The notes beneath the pieces were generated by a model. The model was not told the origin of the DNA, ran no database searches, and saw nothing but the letters and a program-made list of their open reading frames with translations. A program made the translations under genes and the position numbers. DNA of 64,000 nt from an uncultured Eubacterium sp. (GTDB lineage: Bacteria > Bacillota > Clostridia > Oscillospirales > Acutalibacteraceae), in contig NZ_CAKTGT010000007.1 in NCBI RefSeq assembly GCF_934561735.1, positions 32,208 through 96,207 of the forward strand, in the 5' to 3' direction. Below, one piece after another: positions 59,506 through 64,000 of this stretch; positions within the stretch are counted from its first letter, which is position 1, and each line of letters starts with the position of its first letter.

Positions 59506-60510
59506 ATGGATAAGTGCATCCGTCAAATTTCCGAGGAAAACGAAAAAATGATTTTGTCACCCAATGCGACATTATCTTCACAAAGCAGAGGAAGACTCAG
59601 GGAAGAACCCGAGTGTGATATAAGAACAGCCTTTCAGCGTGACCGTGACAGAATTATTCATTCGCAGTCATTCAGACGATTAAAACATAAAACTCAAGTG
59701 TTTCTTGCTCCGTCGGGTGACCATTACAGAACAAGACTTACTCATACGCTTGAAGTTTCGCAAATAGCAAGAACAATAGCAAGAGCACTTCAGCTTAATG
59801 AGGACTTAACCGAAGCCATTGCTTTGGGTCACGATTTGGGTCACACTCCGTTTGGACATGCAGGTGAAAGAGCACTTGCCAAACTTTCGCCAAACGGTTT
59901 TAAGCATTATGAACAAAGTGTTCGTGTAGTTGATATTTTGGAGAAGGACGGTAAAGGGCTAAATCTTACCGATGAAGTCAGAAACGGCATTTTATGCCAC
60001 ACCGTCGGTGAAGATGCCTATACTCTTGAGGGCCAGATTATTCGTATTGCCGATAAAATAGCATACATAAATCATGATATAGACGATGCTATTCGTGCAG
60101 GTGTTATGAATGAGGAGGATATTCCGCTTGATATAAGAATGGACCTCGGTATGACAAAAAGTGAGCGTATAAATAATATGGTGCTCAATGTTATTGAAAA
60201 CAGCAATGACAAAAAAATTCTTATGAGCGACGATTTTTGGGAGCTTTTTAACGATTTGCACGATTTTATGTTTGTCGCCGTTTACAAAAATCCTGTTTGT
60301 AAAGGTGAAGAAGTCAAAGCCGTTGCAATGCTTGAACAGATTTACGCTCATTATATAAATCATCCCGAAGAAATGCCGGAGCAATATGTAGGTATAGCCG
60401 AAAACGAAGGAACAGACCGTGCCGTATGTGACTATATTGCCGGTATGAGCGATAATTATTCCGTAAAAATATTCAATCAGTTATATGTTCCGAAGTTTTG
60501 GATAGAATAA
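59506..60510 (+). CDS. dgt: Deoxyguanosinetriphosphate triphosphohydrolase (HD domain)
   Basis: FQRDRDRIIH, RLKHKTQV, RTRLTHTLEV, HDLGH.PFGH.GE, DYIAGM. Confidence 0.95.
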   Translation: MDKCIRQISEENEKMILSPNATLSSQSRGRLREEPECDIRTAFQRDRDRIIHSQSFRRLKHKTQVFLAPSGDHYRTRLTHTLEVSQIARTIARALQLNEDLTEAIALGHDLGHTPFGHAGERALAKLSPNGFKHYEQSVRVVDILEKDGKGLNLTDEVRNGILCHTVGEDAYTLEGQIIRIADKIAYINHDIDDAIRAGVMNEEDIPLDIRMDLGMTKSERINNMVLNVIENSNDKKILMSDDFWELFNDLHDFMFVAVYKNPVCKGEEVKAVAMLEQIYAHYINHPEEMPEQYVGIAENEGTDRAVCDYIAGMSDNYSVKIFNQLYVPKFWIE

Positions 60511-60546
60511 TTTTTATATTGTTAATTTTGAGAAAGGAGCGAGTGT

Positions 60547-62289
60547 ATGCCGTCGCTTTCAGACAGCTTTTTGCAGGAATTAAAATTGAAGACCGATGTT
60601 GTGGATGTTGTTTCAAGCTATGTATCATTAAAAAAACGCGGCAATACTTATGTAGGGCTGTGCCCGTTTCATAATGAAAAAACTCCTTCTTTTACAGTAT
60701 ATGAAAATACGCAGAGCTTTTACTGTTTCGGTTGCGGTGCAGGCGGTGACAGTGTCAGTTTTATGCGTAAAATAGAAAATCTTGATTATATAGATGCGGT
60801 TAAACTTTTGGCTCAAAGAGCGGGTATGCAAATGCCCGATGACGGATACGATGATTCTATTTCCAAAAAACGCAGAACAATATTGCAGATAAATCGTGAA
60901 ACAGCTAAGTTTTACCACGCTTATATGATGAGCGAACAAGGCAAAATCGGGTTGCAATATTATCTTGATCGAGGCTTGTCGATAAAAACAATTCGTCACT
61001 TCGGTTTAGGTTACGCTCCGAATCAATGGGATGCACTTTTGAAGCATTTAAAATCAAAGGGCTTCAATGTTACCGATATGGCAGTCGCAGGTGTTGTGAG
61101 AAAAGGCGAAAAAGGCTATTATGATTATTTCAGAAATCGTGTTATGACGCCTATCATTGATGTTCGCGGTAACTTTATAGCTTTCGGCGGACGGGTTCTC
61201 GACGATTCAAAACCTAAGTATATCAATACTTCCGACACGCTGGTGTATAAAAAAACAAATGAAGTTTTCGGTCTTAATTATGCAAAGGACAGCGGCAAAG
61301 ACAGCTTGATTCTTTGCGAAGGATATATGGATGTTATTGCAATGCATCAGGCAGGATTTACAAATGCCGTTGCAGGCTGCGGAACAGCTCTTACAAATGA
61401 GCAAGTACGCTTGATTTCGCGTTATGCAAAGGAAGTTATACTTGTTTACGATAATGACGAGGCAGGTCAAAAAGCACTTAATAAAGCAATTTCATTGTTT
61501 GACCAAATTGATATCGGAATAAGTATTCCGACTTTGAGCGGTGGTAAAGACCCTGATGAAATTATTAAAAATCTCGGCAGAGCACGGTTTGAGGATATGC
61601 TTGACGGTGCTTCAAATGAGGTTGAGTTTGCAATTATGAAACTTCGCAAAAATTTTAATTTGCAAACAACTCAAGGTAAAAGTCAATTTGCAGGTGAGGC
61701 TGTAAAGGTTCTTGCAAACGCAACACCTATAGAACAGGATTTGTATTTGTCTCGTCTTGCCGATGAACTCGGAATAGAAAAGCGTGCAATACAGGCTCAA
61801 CTTTCCGAATATGTAAGACGCAGGTCAAACGGCAGAAAAAAACGAGAATTCAGCAAGATTATTGACGATGATTTGCGTAAAATAAGAAAAGAAAGCTTTG
61901 ATGCCGACACTTCAACCGTTTCGCTTAAAGCACAGGAAAGAGTTATCGGACTTTTGATGACATACCCGGATTGTTATTTGTTGTGTAATGATTTTAATGT
62001 TGATGAGTTTACACCGGGATTTTACAAAAAAGCTTTTCAAACCGTTAAGGAGCGAATAGAGGATAATTTATCACTTGATTTGATTATGTTCAATGAAGTT
62101 TTTACAGATGAAGAAATGGGAAAGTTTACTCAAATAGTTTCCTCATCGCAAAACAGCAGTAATCCAAAAAAGGAGTTTACAGACTGCTTGAATATAATTA
62201 ACAGGGAATACACAAAACAAAATTCAAAAAGCACTTCTGAAATGAATGATGATGACTTCAGAAACTTTTTTAATAAAAAGAATACATAA
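60547..62289 (+). CDS. dnaG: DNA primase
   Basis: CPFH.EKTPSF...CFGC zinc finger, FGGR, PKYIN, EGYMDV, DND.AG, KDPD. Confidence 0.97.
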   Translation: MPSLSDSFLQELKLKTDVVDVVSSYVSLKKRGNTYVGLCPFHNEKTPSFTVYENTQSFYCFGCGAGGDSVSFMRKIENLDYIDAVKLLAQRAGMQMPDDGYDDSISKKRRTILQINRETAKFYHAYMMSEQGKIGLQYYLDRGLSIKTIRHFGLGYAPNQWDALLKHLKSKGFNVTDMAVAGVVRKGEKGYYDYFRNRVMTPIIDVRGNFIAFGGRVLDDSKPKYINTSDTLVYKKTNEVFGLNYAKDSGKDSLILCEGYMDVIAMHQAGFTNAVAGCGTALTNEQVRLISRYAKEVILVYDNDEAGQKALNKAISLFDQIDIGISIPTLSGGKDPDEIIKNLGRARFEDMLDGASNEVEFAIMKLRKNFNLQTTQGKSQFAGEAVKVLANATPIEQDLYLSRLADELGIEKRAIQAQLSEYVRRRSNGRKKREFSKIIDDDLRKIRKESFDADTSTVSLKAQERVIGLLMTYPDCYLLCNDFNVDEFTPGFYKKAFQTVKERIEDNLSLDLIMFNEVFTDEEMGKFTQIVSSSQNSSNPKKEFTDCLNIINREYTKQNSKSTSEMNDDDFRNFFNKKNT

Positions 62290-62304
62290 AACGAGGAGAT
62301 TATT

Positions 62305-63426
62305 ATGGAAAAAAAGCAAGTACCCGTAACAGATGCGGAAAAGAAAAAAAACGCATTTAAAAAAATAATTGAAGAAGGTAAGCAGGCAGGCCACCTTACA
62401 GCACAGGAGATTGATAATCTTATTGTTGAACTTGACCTTGATGTTGATGAACTTGAAAAACTTAATGAACAAATTGACGCAAATAATATCAGTATTATTG
62501 ATGATTTTTCATCGGAAGCACTTGACGGAATCTCTCTTGAAGTAGATTTGCCTAAAGAAACTGACGCTGCCGATTCTGTAGCTGTTAATGACAGTGCCCA
62601 AATGGATGACCCTGTTAAGGTATATCTTAAAGAAATCGGCAGAATTCCGCTTTTAACCGCTGAAGAAGAAATTGAACTTGCCATGAAGATAGCCGATGAT
62701 GACGAAAATGCCAAGAAACGCCTTGCAGAGGCTAACCTTCGTTTGGTTGTAAGTATTGCAAAAAGATATGTTGGCAGAGGTATGCAATTCCTTGATCTTA
62801 TTCAAGAGGGCAATCTCGGTCTTATTAAAGCTGTTGACAAGTTTGATTACACAAAGGGCTTTAAGTTCTCAACATATGCAACATGGTGGATTAGACAAGC
62901 TATCACAAGAGCTATTGCCGATCAAGCAAGAACAATCCGTATCCCTGTTCATATGGTTGAAACAATCAATAAGGTAAAAAAAGCACAATCGCAACTTCTT
63001 CATCTCAACGGTCACGAGGCAACTCCCGAAGAGATCTCCGAATATCTTGAACTTCCTGTTGATAAGGTAAGAGAGATTATCCGTGTTTCGCAAGAACCTG
63101 TATCACTTGAAACTCCTATCGGTGAGGAAGAAGATTCACATCTCGGCGACTTCATTCCGGATGACGATGCTCTTGCACCTGCCGATGCCGCATCTATGAG
63201 TCTACTTAAGGAACAGCTTGCAGAGGTGCTTAAAACTCTCACTCCGAGAGAGGAAAAGGTGCTCAAACTCCGTTTTGGTCTTGAGGACGGAAATCCTAAA
63301 ACTCTTGAAGAAGTCGGCAAGGAATTCAATGTAACCCGTGAGCGTATTCGTCAAATCGAAGCAAAAGCACTTCGTAAATTACGCCACCCAACAAGAAGCA
63401 AAAAATTAAAGGACTTTTTAGACTGA
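62305..63426 (+). CDS. sigA: RNA polymerase primary sigma factor
   Basis: [53 protein letters not shown]. Confidence 0.98.
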   Translation: MEKKQVPVTDAEKKKNAFKKIIEEGKQAGHLTAQEIDNLIVELDLDVDELEKLNEQIDANNISIIDDFSSEALDGISLEVDLPKETDAADSVAVNDSAQMDDPVKVYLKEIGRIPLLTAEEEIELAMKIADDDENAKKRLAEANLRLVVSIAKRYVGRGMQFLDLIQEGNLGLIKAVDKFDYTKGFKFSTYATWWIRQAITRAIADQARTIRIPVHMVETINKVKKAQSQLLHLNGHEATPEEISEYLELPVDKVREIIRVSQEPVSLETPIGEEEDSHLGDFIPDDDALAPADAASMSLLKEQLAEVLKTLTPREEKVLKLRFGLEDGNPKTLEEVGKEFNVTRERIRQIEAKALRKLRHPTRSKKLKDFLD

Positions 63427-63647
63427 TGACAGAAGAAAAGATTAAAAGAATTAACGAGCTTGCTCATAAATCCAAAACAGTCGAGGGGCTTACCGAGGCT
63501 GAAAAGGAAGAACAGGCAAATTTGAGACAGGAATATATCAATTCGTTTAAGGCGAGCCTTATCGGTCAGCTTGAAAACACATATATTGTTCGTCCTGACG
63601 GAACAAAAGAACATCTTGAAAGAAAAAATAAAAAATGGGAAAATTAA
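63426..63647 (+). CDS. DUF896 (YnzC-like) protein
   Basis: I.RINELA.K.K..GLT..EK.EQ..LRQEYI; TGATG overlap with sigA. Confidence 0.92.
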   Translation: MTEEKIKRINELAHKSKTVEGLTEAEKEEQANLRQEYINSFKASLIGQLENTYIVRPDGTKEHLERKNKKWEN

Positions 63648-64000
63648 TTATTATGGAGGGCTTGGACGGTAGCGGAAAGTCTACTCAAACCGACCTTCTT
63701 GAAAAGTATATTGCTCAAAATAATATTGAATACAAAAAGATTAAACTTCCGGATTATGACAGTCCGTCAAGCACACTTGTAAATATGTATCTTGGCGGAG
63801 AATTCGGCACTAATGCGACAGATGTTAATGCTTATGCAGCATCTGCATTTTATGCCGTTGACCGTTTTGCATCTTTTAAACTGAAGTGGAAAGAGGATTA
63901 CGAAAACGGAAAACTTATTCTTGCCGATAGGTATGCAACATCAAATCTTATTTATCAAACAGAAAAGATTGATGAAAGCAAGTGGGATGAATATATCAAA
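63635..64000 (+). CDS. tmk: Thymidylate kinase family protein, truncated by the window end
   Basis: Not in the ORF track. MGKLIIMEGLDGSGKSTQ...P.Y...YL.G.FG...FYAVDR...LADRY. Confidence 0.9.
   Translation, partial: MGKLIIMEGLDGSGKSTQTDLLEKYIAQNNIEYKKIKLPDYDSPSSTLVNMYLGGEFGTNATDVNAYAASAFYAVDRFASFKLKWKEDYENGKLILADRYATSNLIYQTEKIDESKWDEYIK

Noticed and set aside
59506..60510. dGTPase as an antiviral nucleotide-depletion enzyme
   Set aside because: It is the short housekeeping type in its common position upstream of dnaG.

Overview
A 64-kb, gene-dense, mostly core-genome stretch from a low-GC, spore-forming Bacillota. Gene content and order suggest a gut Clostridia/Oscillospirales-type organism (inference). 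In order: partial rodA/ftsW; fhs-tsaE-tsaB-rpiB; a lipoprotein; an L-arabinose kinase-araA-araD operon running into a VanW-domain surface protein; rmuC-tetR; a structured ~155-nt noncoding element ahead of an HdeD-like/P-loop gene pair; a 520-aa extended SDR with a C-terminal zinc ribbon; SAM-I riboswitch-metK; a beta-helix protein; spoIIID-proC; prs; a GtrA-YfhO fusion; a complete spoIIIAA-AH operon; asp23-nusB-(Kae1/TsaD-like paralog)-xseAB-ispA-dxs-tlyA-nadK-argR-recN; tyrS; ligA; murD; two M42 peptidases; addBA; rpmE; yigZ; dgt-dnaG-sigA-DUF896-tmk (partial). I found no prophage, IS transposase, integrase, CRISPR array, tRNA/rRNA or known defence system. The best candidates for something undescribed are: (i) the strand-specific structured RNA between tetR and the HdeD-like gene, (ii) the codon-biased SDR-zinc-ribbon enzyme with operator-like repeats, (iii) the GtrA-YfhO flippase/transferase fusion, (iv) the orphan Kae1/TsaD paralog, and (v) an apparently nested palindromic repeat after rpiB. 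All calls come from motif recognition by eye; no database searches were run.
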